From positions 1-43,441 of IMG/VR virus record IMGVR_UViG_3300047507_000013: DNA of 43,441 nucleotides. One strand, 5' to 3'. Both the position numbers and the translations under genes were made by a program. This DNA comes from a virus. Taxonomy: Duplodnaviria; Caudoviricetes. Position 1 is the stretch's first letter. Every line of letters starts with the position of its first letter. Below the pieces are notes generated by a model that was not told the DNA's origin, searched no databases, and was given only the letters and a program-made list of their open reading frames with translations. Shown here one piece after another: positions 5,128 to 15,490 of the stretch.

Positions 5128-7869
5128 CTAAACCATATTTTCGTCGGCCGCTTTCTTGCCCGGTTCTCCGTCGGCAAAACGACCGGTTATTTCATCGCAA
5201 GCAAAAGCCCAGATCCTTTCCTCATCCGTCGCGTTCGCCCAATTCGCGGGCAGAACATTCTCATCCCCGCAGATTAAATACTGCCGGAGGATCCAGCTTA
5301 GGTCCTGGGCTTCGATCGATAATTTAGCGCCCAAAAGGTCCGCACTAAAACTTGTTACATAGTAATATCGGCCCTGCTCCCCAGCTCCGGTCCGGCTTAA
5401 TCCGAAAGGATCCTGAAGGCGAAAGTTCGTCAAAATGTCGATATCGTCGATCCAGGCCAGGGGCAAATCAAAAGTGATCTTCGGTTGGCCATATCCCCAT
5501 TTCAGCAGCTCCTCCTCAGCTCTTTTGGCCGCCCAGGCGGCGGAGGTCGTCCATTTAAAATCCATGAAATCCGGGGCTTCCAGCTCCTCCTCGAAGTCGG
5601 CAATGCTGGACGGACGAGTTGCATCGGCACCGCCCGCGTAAAGGTCGCTTGCTGGGTTGTGGGTCCAACGATACCGCGCCCGGTTTATCGCCGATTTCAG
5701 GTTGTGCTGAAAATCGGGCTGTCCGATAGTATCAATTTGGGCGAAAATAAAAAGGTTTGTGGCCAGGACCGAAAGGTCCTTTCGTTCAATGTAAAAACGG
5801 CCGCTTCGGTCAAAGGCGCTTTGGGATCCCATCGTGAATAAAAGTTCCTCGAGGATCGTTTCGCTTTCTCGCTCTCCTTGCAAAATCAGGAATCCACTTG
5901 TCCCTTCGCCGTCTGCCGTAAATTTAGCCGCTAGAATATCCAGAGAATCAAAATCAATAAAATCTCCCGGGACTTCGGCTAAGAAAGCCAGAAAAAATCC
6001 TAAAACATAAACCGGATTCTGAACATATCCGGCCGCACTATCCCAATCGGGAAAAGTATACCCTTTCGCGTTATAGGTAATCTTAGCATCCTTCATGTCA
6101 ACGGTAAAAGTTATATAGGTCCGACCACCGTCCCCGTAACTTATCGAATAAAGGACTGTGGATTGGAGGACGCCATCGCTGTAGACTTGATCGACGGAAA
6201 ATAATGATCCCCGGGCTGCTATATATTTATAAGCGGTCGTATCAATGCAAAAAGCCTCGACCGCTCCGCCCAGGCCCGTTTCGGTGTAACTGGCCAAGCC
6301 GAGGACGTCAGGCATCGGTTTGTTCAAAGCGTTTTTATGGGCGAGCGGATATTCGTCCGCCGTGATCCTGTAGAGAGGGACTTTTCTCTTAAAATACTTG
6401 GTGGTGATGTCCCGGAGCCGGACTTTAAAAGTGCTCCCGGGCCGATTGTAATCATCGACGATCAAAACTGAAGAGGCGGTTTTCCAGCTTTCCGGCCGGT
6501 CCGCCCAGCCACAATAAAATTCTACGATTTGGTTCTTTAAAAAATACTCGGCCAGGAGTTTTGAAAATTCCTTATCCGAGTTTGCCAACTCGACATCCAT
6601 ATCGCTGGAATTGAAAAGCCCGCCCTTATCTGAAATCGCCCGTGTAGTAGGACTCATCCCCAAGATCCGGCCATCATAAAAAATAGCCGGGGTAATCATA
6701 TCGATCGGTGAATAATAACGGTCGATCGCGCCGCCCCATTTTTTAAATCTCCATTTAGAGAAAACGGCCGGCCGCTTTTTCCCGGGTCCAGGGATTCCGG
6801 AAAAAAAGGTTATTCGATTCCCACGATAGAGCCGCCCGCTCACTTCCGCTCGCCAGTCTCCGGCATAGGCATACCCGGATCCGGGGACGCCGGGACCATC
6901 TTTCATCAAATATATTTGATAACTACCTAATGGAAGAGCGGGCATCTTTGCAGCGGGGACGGTGATTTGAGTATTCGAATCGACCGTGAAATCTCCGGCA
7001 AGGTTGGAGAGCGCATAGGTTCCTTGCCCTTGTAGCCCTTCAAAACGAATGTGATAAACCTCGTCATTCCATCCGGCCGCAGGATGTTCATTGAGCGGAT
7101 TATAGGTGTTGTCATCAAGCTCCGCATTGCCGTTGTGGAATCCAAGACCATAGAGTTTGACTTCGACTCCTCCAGCCGAGGGCATCGAATATCGAGAGAG
7201 AGAATTGCAAACGGGATTCAGATAGTAGAATCGCAGGCGCTTGGCTTGAATGTTAAAAAATAGTTCGTCTCCGGCCGGGGGCAGTACCCCCGTATAATTC
7301 ACAAACTCCAAGCAGAGGCCTTCGTTTTCAAATTCCCACTTATTCAACCACGTATCCGCGCCGGGGGCCGCTTTATAGCGGCAGCCGTAGATTCGGAAGG
7401 TCACCGGGTTATAAGGTTTGTCCCATTGGCCATTTGTTTGACATGAGTTTATCGCCTCGAACGGGACGCTCAAAAGATCACACCAATAATTTACACCGTC
7501 ATAAAAAATACCATCTGCTAAAGCCGAGTCCCAAACAGCGGGCGAGGCAGGATATCTTTGGGCGGCAAATAAAGTATGGCAATGAGTATTCGCTGGCCAT
7601 CCGGCTAGGGAATTCAGGACGCACAAAACGTCAATCTCATAGTCGATTAGCAGGTTCAAATTAACGGCATCGACCCCAAAATCATGAATCGGGCGCATGA
7701 GGGTTTTCCACCCCGTAAAAATCCCGCCTGCCGATTGCCCCAATCCGCAGCGCCCGTATTCGTATCGTCCTGCTTGCCAATGAATCCGGTCTTCCGAGTT
7801 GTCCAGGCTCTGATAGTTACAGGAGATGTGCTGAAATTGGATCCATTCCCGGTAAGGGATAGTCATCAT
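5128..7869 (-). CDS. Large tail tip / baseplate hub protein (N-terminal accessory and IPT/TIG-like region, C-terminal hub)
   Basis: 913 aa following the TMP and Dit genes. PSAGGVEVKLYGLGF...FTVDSNTQITV is IPT-like, and QNPVYVL...FDRSGRFYI is hub-like. Confidence 0.7.
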   Translation of the reverse strand: MMTIPYREWIQFQHISCNYQSLDNSEDRIHWQAGRYEYGRCGLGQSAGGIFTGWKTLMRPIHDFGVDAVNLNLLIDYEIDVLCVLNSLAGWPANTHCHTLFAAQRYPASPAVWDSALADGIFYDGVNYWCDLLSVPFEAINSCQTNGQWDKPYNPVTFRIYGCRYKAAPGADTWLNKWEFENEGLCLEFVNYTGVLPPAGDELFFNIQAKRLRFYYLNPVCNSLSRYSMPSAGGVEVKLYGLGFHNGNAELDDNTYNPLNEHPAAGWNDEVYHIRFEGLQGQGTYALSNLAGDFTVDSNTQITVPAAKMPALPLGSYQIYLMKDGPGVPGSGYAYAGDWRAEVSGRLYRGNRITFFSGIPGPGKKRPAVFSKWRFKKWGGAIDRYYSPIDMITPAIFYDGRILGMSPTTRAISDKGGLFNSSDMDVELANSDKEFSKLLAEYFLKNQIVEFYCGWADRPESWKTASSVLIVDDYNRPGSTFKVRLRDITTKYFKRKVPLYRITADEYPLAHKNALNKPMPDVLGLASYTETGLGGAVEAFCIDTTAYKYIAARGSLFSVDQVYSDGVLQSTVLYSISYGDGGRTYITFTVDMKDAKITYNAKGYTFPDWDSAAGYVQNPVYVLGFFLAFLAEVPGDFIDFDSLDILAAKFTADGEGTSGFLILQGERESETILEELLFTMGSQSAFDRSGRFYIERKDLSVLATNLFIFAQIDTIGQPDFQHNLKSAINRARYRWTHNPASDLYAGGADATRPSSIADFEEELEAPDFMDFKWTTSAAWAAKRAEEELLKWGYGQPKITFDLPLAWIDDIDILTNFRLQDPFGLSRTGAGEQGRYYYVTSFSADLLGAKLSIEAQDLSWILRQYLICGDENVLPANWANATDEERIWAFACDEITGRFADGEPGKKAADENMV

Positions 7870-8621
7870 ACCCCTCCCGGCCCGAAGTCTCTGTAGATCC
7901 GGAGATAGTCAAATTTAATCATGGAACCGGGATGGGTACTCCAATTCCGGACAAAAAGGCCGCAGTTATAGCTCCTCATGGACGAGTTCCACCAGTACCA
8001 GTCTACCCCGAGAGCGTTTTGATAGGTCGTCCAGGAGATTCCGTCCGAAGAATATTGAGCGCTGAATCGATATCCTCCATAAGTTCCGCCGCCGCTCGGT
8101 TGGCCGCTGACTCGGAATCTCATATAGATGGGGAATCCAATCGGGCCGCGATCGGCTCCGAAAGTTGTCATGTCGAAATATTGGCATCCGGCTCCCGTGC
8201 ATCCGAACATGATTGTTTCCGTTGCCGTAGAACCTTCCGCTTGTCCGACCCAAAGTCCGGCCTGTGTCAGCGTTGCGGGCATTATCGATCCCGCCGAGAT
8301 CTTCGTTTCCAAATAGTAGGGAAAGCCGGGATTTCCGAGGGAAATCTTGGGGGCGAGATCGGTTCCTGAAAGCCATCTGGCGTTGACTCCGGCCGTGATC
8401 GTGAAAACAAGGTCGGAGCCGGCCGGTTCCGTGATGGTTTTACCTACCGCGTTGTTGAGTTGTTTATACCAAAAATGGATATCGGCGTCGGAGAAATGGT
8501 CCATGAAAGCAAACTGTGTCGGGTCGGTGGCCGGGACCAGGTTCGCCCGGGCCTTCGTCAATCTCCAATTCAAATCAGAAATTTTGCCCCAAATCGCCTT
8601 GATTTCATCCCGGGTGTTCAT
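7866..8621 (-). CDS. Tail protein with concanavalin-A-like (lectin) beta-sandwich, candidate receptor-binding protein
   Basis: QAGLWV, FSAQYSSDGISWT, CGLFV and IKFDYLRI motifs. ATGA overlap start at 8621. Confidence 0.6.
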   Translation of the reverse strand: MNTRDEIKAIWGKISDLNWRLTKARANLVPATDPTQFAFMDHFSDADIHFWYKQLNNAVGKTITEPAGSDLVFTITAGVNARWLSGTDLAPKISLGNPGFPYYLETKISAGSIMPATLTQAGLWVGQAEGSTATETIMFGCTGAGCQYFDMTTFGADRGPIGFPIYMRFRVSGQPSGGGTYGGYRFSAQYSSDGISWTTYQNALGVDWYWWNSSMRSYNCGLFVRNWSTHPGSMIKFDYLRIYRDFGPGGV

Positions 8622-9388
8622 AAAAGTGTTATCCCCCGCGTCAACTCCCGGAGGGTCAGGTTCCATTCCCGGAGTTCGTGTTCGCCATAAATTGGCCGCT
8701 TGGCCGTGGGGCTGCCGACGACCTTAACAAAGAAAACGTGCGGGTATCGCGTATCCGGTACCAAAACAAAGCGTCCGGCTGCGCCGTAGGTGGCCGTTAA
8801 AAAAACCTCGATTTCGTCGACTACGGCCGGATCGTTGATATGCTTTAGCTGGAGCTTAAATTCTTTTTGCTCGGAAAAAAAGACGTCCCAATCCTGGCCG
8901 TAGACCGTCTGCTTTTCGTCGGTGTGGAATGTCTTTCCATCCTCGCGGCCGGGCTGGACAAAAGCCTGAGAAAATTGGTCAAGATCGCCCAGCCAAAGTT
9001 CGCCGATCCTGGGAATGAGTGGATTGGTCGGGTCATTTATGTAACTCCGCCAATATCGGTAGCTGGCCAGCGGCCTGAAATAAAAATCGTTCAGGCGCCA
9101 GGTCGGGCTCCAGCTCTGCAAGGGGGCCCCCGGGAATCCTGCATTGTTGGCCTCGATCGTAATCGTCGCCGCTTGCAGTAGGGTATGGTTAAAAATGGCG
9201 ATCATCTCGACGAGCGTTATGGCGCCCAGGTCGATGATGATTTCCTGGGCGAGCTTGCTGGTCCAATAAAAAGGCTTCGAAGGCCGATTGTTGTAAAGGT
9301 TCTCTTTTGGGTAGATCGTGTTTTCGGTCGAAACCGAGAGCAGGGTCGTGGCCGTTAAAAGATTTGTCGCTGAATAAAAAAATGGCAT
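8618..9388 (-). CDS. Distal tail (Dit)-like protein
   Basis: 256 aa directly after the tape measure gene. IIIDLG...YRYWR...IGELWLG N-terminal part and C-terminal WNLTLRE. Confidence 0.65.
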   Translation of the reverse strand: MPFFYSATNLLTATTLLSVSTENTIYPKENLYNNRPSKPFYWTSKLAQEIIIDLGAITLVEMIAIFNHTLLQAATITIEANNAGFPGAPLQSWSPTWRLNDFYFRPLASYRYWRSYINDPTNPLIPRIGELWLGDLDQFSQAFVQPGREDGKTFHTDEKQTVYGQDWDVFFSEQKEFKLQLKHINDPAVVDEIEVFLTATYGAAGRFVLVPDTRYPHVFFVKVVGSPTAKRPIYGEHELREWNLTLRELTRGITLL

Positions 9389-9389
9389 T

Positions 9390-12263
9390 TTAAACTCCCA
9401 GGGCTTCGGCGACCAGCCGCTTGCCTACATTCGTTTTTATCCATTCGACGATTTCGGGTCCTATCTTCGTCCGGACCGTCTCCCGGAAGGAATCCGCGTC
9501 GAGCGTGTTAACATTAAATTGAGCATTGAACATGACGGCCCCCCCGCCGCCGCCGCCTTGCCGGACGAGCTGCTGGAGCCCGGGCATCGGCAGCGTCACT
9601 TCCGGGATGCTGGGCGTGCCGTGAACAATGAGCATTTCGGTTTGTGTTGAAACGGCGCCGGCGGCCGCTCCGCGGAGCTTGCTCATTTGGCCGTCGATCG
9701 ACTGCAGGGCGCCCAGCATCGGCCCCAGAAAATCCTTAATGGCATAGAGGACGTTGACGGTTTCCCGGGTCGCCCATTCCATATTGAAGAAGAAATTATG
9801 CCAGGTATTAAAATAAGCATTCGGGAGGTTGATGATCCAATCGTGAAGCTCTTTCCCGTCCGCCCACATTAATTTTAGCCAATAAGTGACATCGGTCTGT
9901 TTGCCGCCGCCGCCGCCGAAAAGACTTTCTATGGCTTTGAATCCGGCAAAGATCGCGATCGCGATGGCCCCCACTATTAAAAGCGGGACGGCCGCCGCTG
10001 CCAGGATTGTGGCCGCCGCGGCTATGGCCGTGGCGATCGTCACCAGGGCCGTGGCCAGTCCAACGGCGATCGTGCCTATGGCCGTGGCGACCGCCGTGGC
10101 CAAGGTCGTTATAATCGTGGCGATCGTTGTGGCGATCGAGGCAAAGGTCGTACCTACGGTGCTCATGCTTGTTGCCGCGCTGGCCGCGGCTTCGCTCGTT
10201 TTCTTGACGACGATATCCTCCAGGAATCCTTTGACCCATTTCGTCGCCATCTCCCCGATCATCCTGAAAAAAGAGTCTTTAATGTCGCCCCAAATATTTT
10301 TAAAAAACTCCTTGAAATCGATGTCCAATTTAAAAAGCTTGCTGACGCTCCAGGTTTCTACGAATTTTGAAAAGGTGTTTCCGAATCCTTGGGCGATGTC
10401 ATTCCAAAGGCCGGCGAAAAGATCATCCGTATCCTTGACGACTTTTTTTGGGCCTTCGGTAAAATTAGAAAAATCCAAAGGCGGAAGGACCCAGCGCCCA
10501 GCCGATAGAAAGAACATTTTGAGTTTGAACATGTCATAATAAAATTGCCGGGCGGCATCGTCCGAGATTCCCAATTCCTTTGAAGCCCTTCCCAGCCATT
10601 CGCCCAGCGTCTCGATCGATGTCGCGTTGCTGGCCAGGACCTTGGGCATCTTGTCCCAGACGTCGTGCATGCTCCGGGAGGGCGGGAGGATCGTCTGCAG
10701 TTGGGTCCCCGTCTCCCACATTTTCTCGTTCAGTTTTTTATGGGCTTCCGTATATTCGATGACGCCGATCTTGCCGCTCTTGTATTGCTCTTCCAGGAAG
10801 GCGGCCGCCTTCCTGCAGAATTCATGGGCCTTGCCCATGTCCTCCTGGCTCTGGATCCCGACGCTGCTTAAGAATGAGGCCCATTCCTCTTGGGCCTTTT
10901 TGGCCGCCTCGAGCGCCTCTTTGTTTTTAATGACCTGGATGTTGTGCTCTTTGACCGCATCGTTCGCCGTGCCGTGAGCTTTGGCCAGGGCATCCAAACT
11001 CTCGGAGCCGGTCGTTCCGGTTTTCTTATAAACCTCGACCAGCAGATCCAGGGCCTCATGATAATTTTTCGCGTGTTTTCCGGTCAGTTCAAAAGCTTTG
11101 CCAATGGCTTCTTGCTGGGTTTTATAGGCGGCCGCATGACCGGATCCGTATTCGACGTTGTGCTCTTTGATAATTCCCAGGAGCTTAAAAGTCTTATCGA
11201 AAACTCCCTGCAGCGTTTTATCCAGGCCGGTCAATTCTCCGATGAGCCGTCCGATTTGCCAGCCGACGAAAGCCGCCCCCGCGGCCGCTCCTATTTTGAT
11301 CAGGACCCCCATGATCCCGCCGGCGCCGGCGACGGTCCTCACGGCCTCGAGGCCCTTGATAAATTGCGGAAGCATCAATAATGCCGTCCCCATCCCGAGA
11401 AGCATCGAGCCCAGGCCCAGGGCTGTTTCCATAATCGTCTTTGAAAGGGCCGGGTGCTCTTTCGCCCAATTCCGGATCCCCGCGGCGATGTCCGTCACTT
11501 TTTTCATAAAATCCGTGAACAAGGGCATAAGCTGTTCGCCGAGAGCTTTTGATGTAGCGCCCAGGGCGAGCTTCATTTCTTTTTGGGCTCTGATATAATC
11601 TACGGCCGATTGGATTCCATCTCTGGTCATAACCCCGCCCAGCTCCCGGGTCCTTTCCATTTGCTCTTTGATGGCTCCGGATCCGTCGTTTAAAACCGGG
11701 ATCATCGTCTTTCCGGATCGGCCCATGAGTTCCATGGCGGCGGCGACCTTGGCCGGTCCGTCCGGCATATCCTTGAATCGGTCGGCGATGATCATCAGGA
11801 CCTGGTCTGTGTCTTTCAGGCCGCCTTTTCCATCCGTAAGATCTTTGACCGAAATTCCGAGCAGGCCGAATTTATCCTGGGCCTGGACGGATCCTCCGAC
11901 CGCGTCGGCCATGTTCCGGCTCAAAATTCCGAGCCCGACCGACATCTCCTCGAGCGAGGATCCTCCGAGTTCGGCGGTCAGACGCAAGGAGGAAAGTTTC
12001 TCGATTCCGATCCCGACTCGCTGGGCCAGCTCTCCCATCTCATGCTCGGCATCCGCCGTCGAATTAGTGATTCCGACGACCGCGGCGACCATGGCGCCGC
12101 CGGTGATGGCCATCCTGGTTCCTAGCGTAGTGAAAGCCTGGTCTATGTTTTTGGCCGAATCGACGAGCTTCTTTTCGTCCCCCTTGACTCCCTCGACGGC
12201 CGCGTTCCATTCGCCCTTGTCCAGGACGAGCTTGGCCATGATGGCGCCGGCTAGAAAACTCAT
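9390..12263 (-). CDS. Tail tape measure protein
   Basis: 957 aa, Ala/Gly-rich and helical, with the KVAAAMELMGRSGKTMIPVL signature and hydrophobic segments. It follows the chaperone frameshift pair. Confidence 0.92.
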   Translation of the reverse strand: MSFLAGAIMAKLVLDKGEWNAAVEGVKGDEKKLVDSAKNIDQAFTTLGTRMAITGGAMVAAVVGITNSTADAEHEMGELAQRVGIGIEKLSSLRLTAELGGSSLEEMSVGLGILSRNMADAVGGSVQAQDKFGLLGISVKDLTDGKGGLKDTDQVLMIIADRFKDMPDGPAKVAAAMELMGRSGKTMIPVLNDGSGAIKEQMERTRELGGVMTRDGIQSAVDYIRAQKEMKLALGATSKALGEQLMPLFTDFMKKVTDIAAGIRNWAKEHPALSKTIMETALGLGSMLLGMGTALLMLPQFIKGLEAVRTVAGAGGIMGVLIKIGAAAGAAFVGWQIGRLIGELTGLDKTLQGVFDKTFKLLGIIKEHNVEYGSGHAAAYKTQQEAIGKAFELTGKHAKNYHEALDLLVEVYKKTGTTGSESLDALAKAHGTANDAVKEHNIQVIKNKEALEAAKKAQEEWASFLSSVGIQSQEDMGKAHEFCRKAAAFLEEQYKSGKIGVIEYTEAHKKLNEKMWETGTQLQTILPPSRSMHDVWDKMPKVLASNATSIETLGEWLGRASKELGISDDAARQFYYDMFKLKMFFLSAGRWVLPPLDFSNFTEGPKKVVKDTDDLFAGLWNDIAQGFGNTFSKFVETWSVSKLFKLDIDFKEFFKNIWGDIKDSFFRMIGEMATKWVKGFLEDIVVKKTSEAAASAATSMSTVGTTFASIATTIATIITTLATAVATAIGTIAVGLATALVTIATAIAAAATILAAAAVPLLIVGAIAIAIFAGFKAIESLFGGGGGKQTDVTYWLKLMWADGKELHDWIINLPNAYFNTWHNFFFNMEWATRETVNVLYAIKDFLGPMLGALQSIDGQMSKLRGAAAGAVSTQTEMLIVHGTPSIPEVTLPMPGLQQLVRQGGGGGGAVMFNAQFNVNTLDADSFRETVRTKIGPEIVEWIKTNVGKRLVAEALGV

Positions 12264-12527
12264 AGCATCTCCTCCTCTTGCTCAAGGAGTTTTATGGCCC
12301 ATTCGAGCTGCATGGCTTCCTCATTAAAGACGTCCCCCCCGGTCATACCGATTCCTATGGCAGAAATCTGTTCGAGACGTTCGCTGCGGCGTTTGATCTT
12401 CGCCCTCCGCAGCCAGAATTTAAAGTCTCTGTAATCCAGATTAAGCAGTTCCTCGTAACGGAAGAGGCCGGGGAAAGCCTCCGCTATGAGAGCGAAGGAC
12501 TGCCCCCAGCCCCGGATCCATTTTTTT
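12260..12527 (-). CDS. Tail assembly chaperone, frameshifted C-terminal (gpGT-like) part
   Basis: The -1 frame is open from the slippery site to the stop overlapping the TMP start (KWIRGWGQSFALIAEAFPGLFRYEELLNLDY...). It has no own RBS/ATG. Confidence 0.75.
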
Positions 12528-12894
12528 CTGCTTGCTCCGGAGAGACGGGCGGCTTGGGCTTCGCGTCCTCGGCCTCGGCCGGCATGACCTTGCCATAGTA
12601 TTTGTTCATGACGAATTCGCAAATCGCCCGGAGATCCAGGAAGTCGACTTTTTCGACCTCTTCCCGCGGGGCGCCGGTCATGATCTCGACCTGGTCATAG
12701 AGAATGAAAACTGATTCATAGGCCGGCTGCGAATCCGTGGGGCCTTTGATCTCTCTGAGCTTTTTCTCGTATTTCGAGATTTGCTCAAAGACCGCCTTGT
12801 TGATCCGGACCTGGTAGACGGTCCCGTTGATCTCGACCTCGACCGGGTTGTGCAGGGTCTTGGCCGTGTTGACGCTGATCCTGTTGCCTTCCAT
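12484..12894 (-). CDS. Tail assembly chaperone (gpG-like)
   Basis: 136 aa between the tail tube and TMP genes. VEVEINGTVYQV N-terminus and an in-frame slippery heptamer near the end. Confidence 0.8.
   Translation of the reverse strand: MEGNRISVNTAKTLHNPVEVEINGTVYQVRINKAVFEQISKYEKKLREIKGPTDSQPAYESVFILYDQVEIMTGAPREEVEKVDFLDLRAICEFVMNKYYGKVMPAEAEDAKPKPPVSPEQAEKNGSGAGGSPSLS
12520..12526 (-). other. Programmed -1 ribosomal frameshift slippery site A AAA AAT
   Basis: Minus strand GCA GAA AAA AAT GGA. A -1 slip enters the open frame leading to 12260. Confidence 0.75.
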
Positions 12895-12896
12895 TT

Positions 12897-13409
12897 TTAA
12901 ACGGTTCCAAAACTGCCGAATTCTCCGAAAGTCCCAGATTCCTGTGAAATAAAAACCTTGAATCCGATCAGGAAGACGCGTTGCGTCGTTCGATCGAAAT
13001 CAAGCGACCATTTCCTGTAAGGATAGGTCTTATAAAGAATCGTCCATTCGCTGGGGACGATGCTGACCACGTTGTCGCAAACCGGCTTGATGGCCAGCGC
13101 CCGGGCATGGGCGTACATATCGCAGCCGACCATGCTCCGCATCGAAAGAACGTTGCCGACCAGGACGCCGTTTAGAACCTGCTCGAGCTGGGTCAGCGTG
13201 GAGCGCGTCATAGGGATGTCGAGCTCGGCTTTCGAAGGCTCAAAAATCGCATCGACGACTCCCATGGCCTCCTCTTCGATATCGGAAATCGTGTCGGTCT
13301 GCTTAAGGGTAACCTTGCCCAGGAAAGGGGACAGGGTGATCATGTTCGATTCCCCATATCCCCATTCGACTTCGCAGGGACCCTTGTCTCCGCAATAAAG
13401 CTTAGGCAT
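12897..13409 (-). CDS. Major tail tube protein
   Basis: 170 aa, beta-rich, positioned between the tail terminator and the chaperone. Strong AAGGAGG RBS. Confidence 0.75.
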   Translation of the reverse strand: MPKLYCGDKGPCEVEWGYGESNMITLSPFLGKVTLKQTDTISDIEEEAMGVVDAIFEPSKAELDIPMTRSTLTQLEQVLNGVLVGNVLSMRSMVGCDMYAHARALAIKPVCDNVVSIVPSEWTILYKTYPYRKWSLDFDRTTQRVFLIGFKVFISQESGTFGEFGSFGTV

Positions 13410-13436
13410 TTGTCCTTCCTCCTTGGCTCCGGTCCG

Positions 13437-13862
13437 TTAGGGGATCGAAACCCTGAATAAGTAGTTTGTCGAAAATTCAAAAAGCCGCTTCTCGTCGGGG
13501 TTAAAAATCGGAGCCGGGTCCCCGATGGCGTCGATCGTCCAGGCATAATAATTTTTGCCCGAAATAAAAGCGGGCATATGCCAGCCGGTCGCCCCGTGGA
13601 GAATGGAGAAGATCTGTTCAGCGTCTTCTTGTGCTTCGCTGTATTCCGTATTCCGATTCCAAACCTGAATCGGTTTGTCTCTATAATCCGGAAGGTCGCC
13701 GACGAGCGCCGCCGGCGTCCTGGCTAAAATAACCATGGTCCGGTCCGGGACCAGGGCGCCCAGAATGTTTTTGACCGGGAGGCTGCCTACAAAGAAGTTT
13801 TCGCCGTGGATCCAGGGCAGGCCCGAATGACTCAGAATAAAAAGCGCCGCGTCCTGGAGCAT
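13437..13862 (-). CDS. Tail terminator / minor capsid-type tail completion protein
   Basis: 141 aa with IQVWNRNTEYSEAQEDAEQIFSILHG and DEKRLFEFSTNY motifs, in syntenic position. Confidence 0.7.
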   Translation of the reverse strand: MLQDAALFILSHSGLPWIHGENFFVGSLPVKNILGALVPDRTMVILARTPAALVGDLPDYRDKPIQVWNRNTEYSEAQEDAEQIFSILHGATGWHMPAFISGKNYYAWTIDAIGDPAPIFNPDEKRLFEFSTNYLFRVSIP

Positions 13863-14275
13863 TATCCGCCTCCCGCCTCTCGGATCGAAGCCGCGATGAT
13901 CTCTAAATATTTATCTTTGAACATGTAGATTTTGCTCTCCAGATATTTCGGCCCGGAGCCGGGCTCCGTCCAATTGATTTGTTTTTCTCCATAAGCCTCC
14001 AGGGGAATCATCTCATGAACGTAGCTCGCGTATTCGATGTTGAATCCGGCGCTGATATCAAATCCGCCGTCGGCCGTGTCTTCGATATCTATTTTCTTGC
14101 TTCCCTTTAGGTGGCCTTCTTTGAGCGGGGTCTTGGGCTCGACTTCGTCCGCATCCAGGAGGAGCTGGCTGGCCGCTTTGAAGGCGCCCTGCCGGCCGGC
14201 CTCCGGGATCTTATGCTTCACGATCTCCGCGAATTTCGCGTCAAAATCGGCCAGATAAAGCGTAAAGCCGCCCAT
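13862..14275 (-). CDS. HK97 gp10-like tail completion protein
   Basis: TPLKEGHLKGS, GFNIEYASYVHE and GPKYLE motifs. Start trimmed to the ATG at 14275. Confidence 0.8.
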   Translation of the reverse strand: MGGFTLYLADFDAKFAEIVKHKIPEAGRQGAFKAASQLLLDADEVEPKTPLKEGHLKGSKKIDIEDTADGGFDISAGFNIEYASYVHEMIPLEAYGEKQINWTEPGSGPKYLESKIYMFKDKYLEIIAASIREAGGG

Positions 14276-14580
14276 CAGAGAAATACCTCGAAAATCCCCC
14301 AGGAGAAATCCTTGGGCTGGCGGATGGCCCGGATCGGCCATTCCTGGCCCAGGACCGTGGCCCTCCAGGTGAAGTCCAGGGTGCCGCCCGGGTAATCCAG
14401 CCGTTTGATCAAAATCGAAAGTTCGCTCAAAACCTCTTCGCCTTTGAAGTCGACAATCTTCCGCCGCTTCCGGACGACTCGGCAGCGCAGGTTCAGCGTC
14501 GTGGTGCTCAGGACGTGGCCCCATTTATCGACCGTGTCGTGTTTGAAATCGATCTTGTCCGTCTGGTAGGCGCCGATCAT
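14275..14580 (-). CDS. Head closure (stopper) protein
   Basis: About 100 aa, beta-rich, with DKWG and IVDFKGEEVLS motifs, in syntenic position. Confidence 0.7.
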   Translation of the reverse strand: MIGAYQTDKIDFKHDTVDKWGHVLSTTTLNLRCRVVRKRRKIVDFKGEEVLSELSILIKRLDYPGGTLDFTWRATVLGQEWPIRAIRQPKDFSWGIFEVFL

Positions 14581-15488
14581 TGCCATCTCTCCTGGACCGC
14601 GATGGCCGTCCTCGAAGTCGGCGCGATCGAATGCTCGCAGTTCGGGTGGAGCGGCGGCTCATCCTCAGCCGTCAATACGGGATAATCCGGATCCGTTCCG
14701 GAAAGGCTATAAATATTTCCCTCGACCGGCTTGCAGATCTCCGAGCAGGGGTTTGAATGCCGGCTCATTTGGACCAGATCACAATCATATTCCTGGCTCA
14801 TGTTTTTCGTGGCTTCGGTCTGGCTCTCCCGGAGTCTGGTCCGGGCGACGAGCTCCGCGTAATAATTCAGCGTGAAATGCCGGCCGTTGACCACGATGAA
14901 TTGGCCGCCTTCCAGGTTATCTATCAGCCGGCCCTTGATCATTTTAGAAAGCCAGGTCCGGCTGTATCCTTCTGTGACCGCTTTGTCCGCCCAATTTTTG
15001 AAAACATCGGCCAGGTATTCCGGATCGTCAAAAGCTTGAATGGGCGCCGTCTCCGGGATCTGGGCGATGGCCAGGGATGTCGTTCTGGCCAGGTGGATGA
15101 TCGTATCGGCGGTCCGCTTGATCGTCGCGTTGGCGCGGTCCAAGTCCTTCAAAATAAGATCCTTGAATTCCGTCATCGCCCGGTCATGGCGCTGCCGATC
15201 GTAGCGGGAGCTCGAGCGGAATCCCAAAATCTCCAGCCGGATCCGGGCATGCAGGCCGCCGTGATTATAACTTTTGGGGATCTGGAGGGCCGTCCATTTT
15301 TGGGCGCCGCGGTTGAGCTCGGCCAGGATCCCCGTTATGCTTTTCATCGCCTTCATCACTTCGGTCTCTTTATAAGCTGAAACATCGATCCCTGTCAAAT
15401 CGTTTATGATGCTTTTTTTGGCGACTTGGTAAATCCGGACGAGTTCCTGCGTCGCGGCATCCGTTTTCCAGTCCGGTTGAAAAGCCAT
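14577..15488 (-). CDS. Minor head protein, MuF/SPP1 gp7 (phage minor capsid 2) family
   Basis: YYAELVART...DLVQMSRHSNPCSEICKPVEGNIYS...PPLHPNCEH signature. Confidence 0.85.
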   Translation of the reverse strand: MAFQPDWKTDAATQELVRIYQVAKKSIINDLTGIDVSAYKETEVMKAMKSITGILAELNRGAQKWTALQIPKSYNHGGLHARIRLEILGFRSSSRYDRQRHDRAMTEFKDLILKDLDRANATIKRTADTIIHLARTTSLAIAQIPETAPIQAFDDPEYLADVFKNWADKAVTEGYSRTWLSKMIKGRLIDNLEGGQFIVVNGRHFTLNYYAELVARTRLRESQTEATKNMSQEYDCDLVQMSRHSNPCSEICKPVEGNIYSLSGTDPDYPVLTAEDEPPLHPNCEHSIAPTSRTAIAVQERWQ

Positions 15489-15490
15489 TT

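Noticed and set aside
4138-8621. Diversity-generating retroelement or invertible tail-fibre cassette
   Set aside because: No reverse transcriptase, invertase or template/variable repeat pair was seen.
9950-10200. GGCGATCG/GGCCGTGGC quasi-repeats
   Set aside because: They simply encode the Ala/Thr/Ile helical repeats of the tape measure protein.
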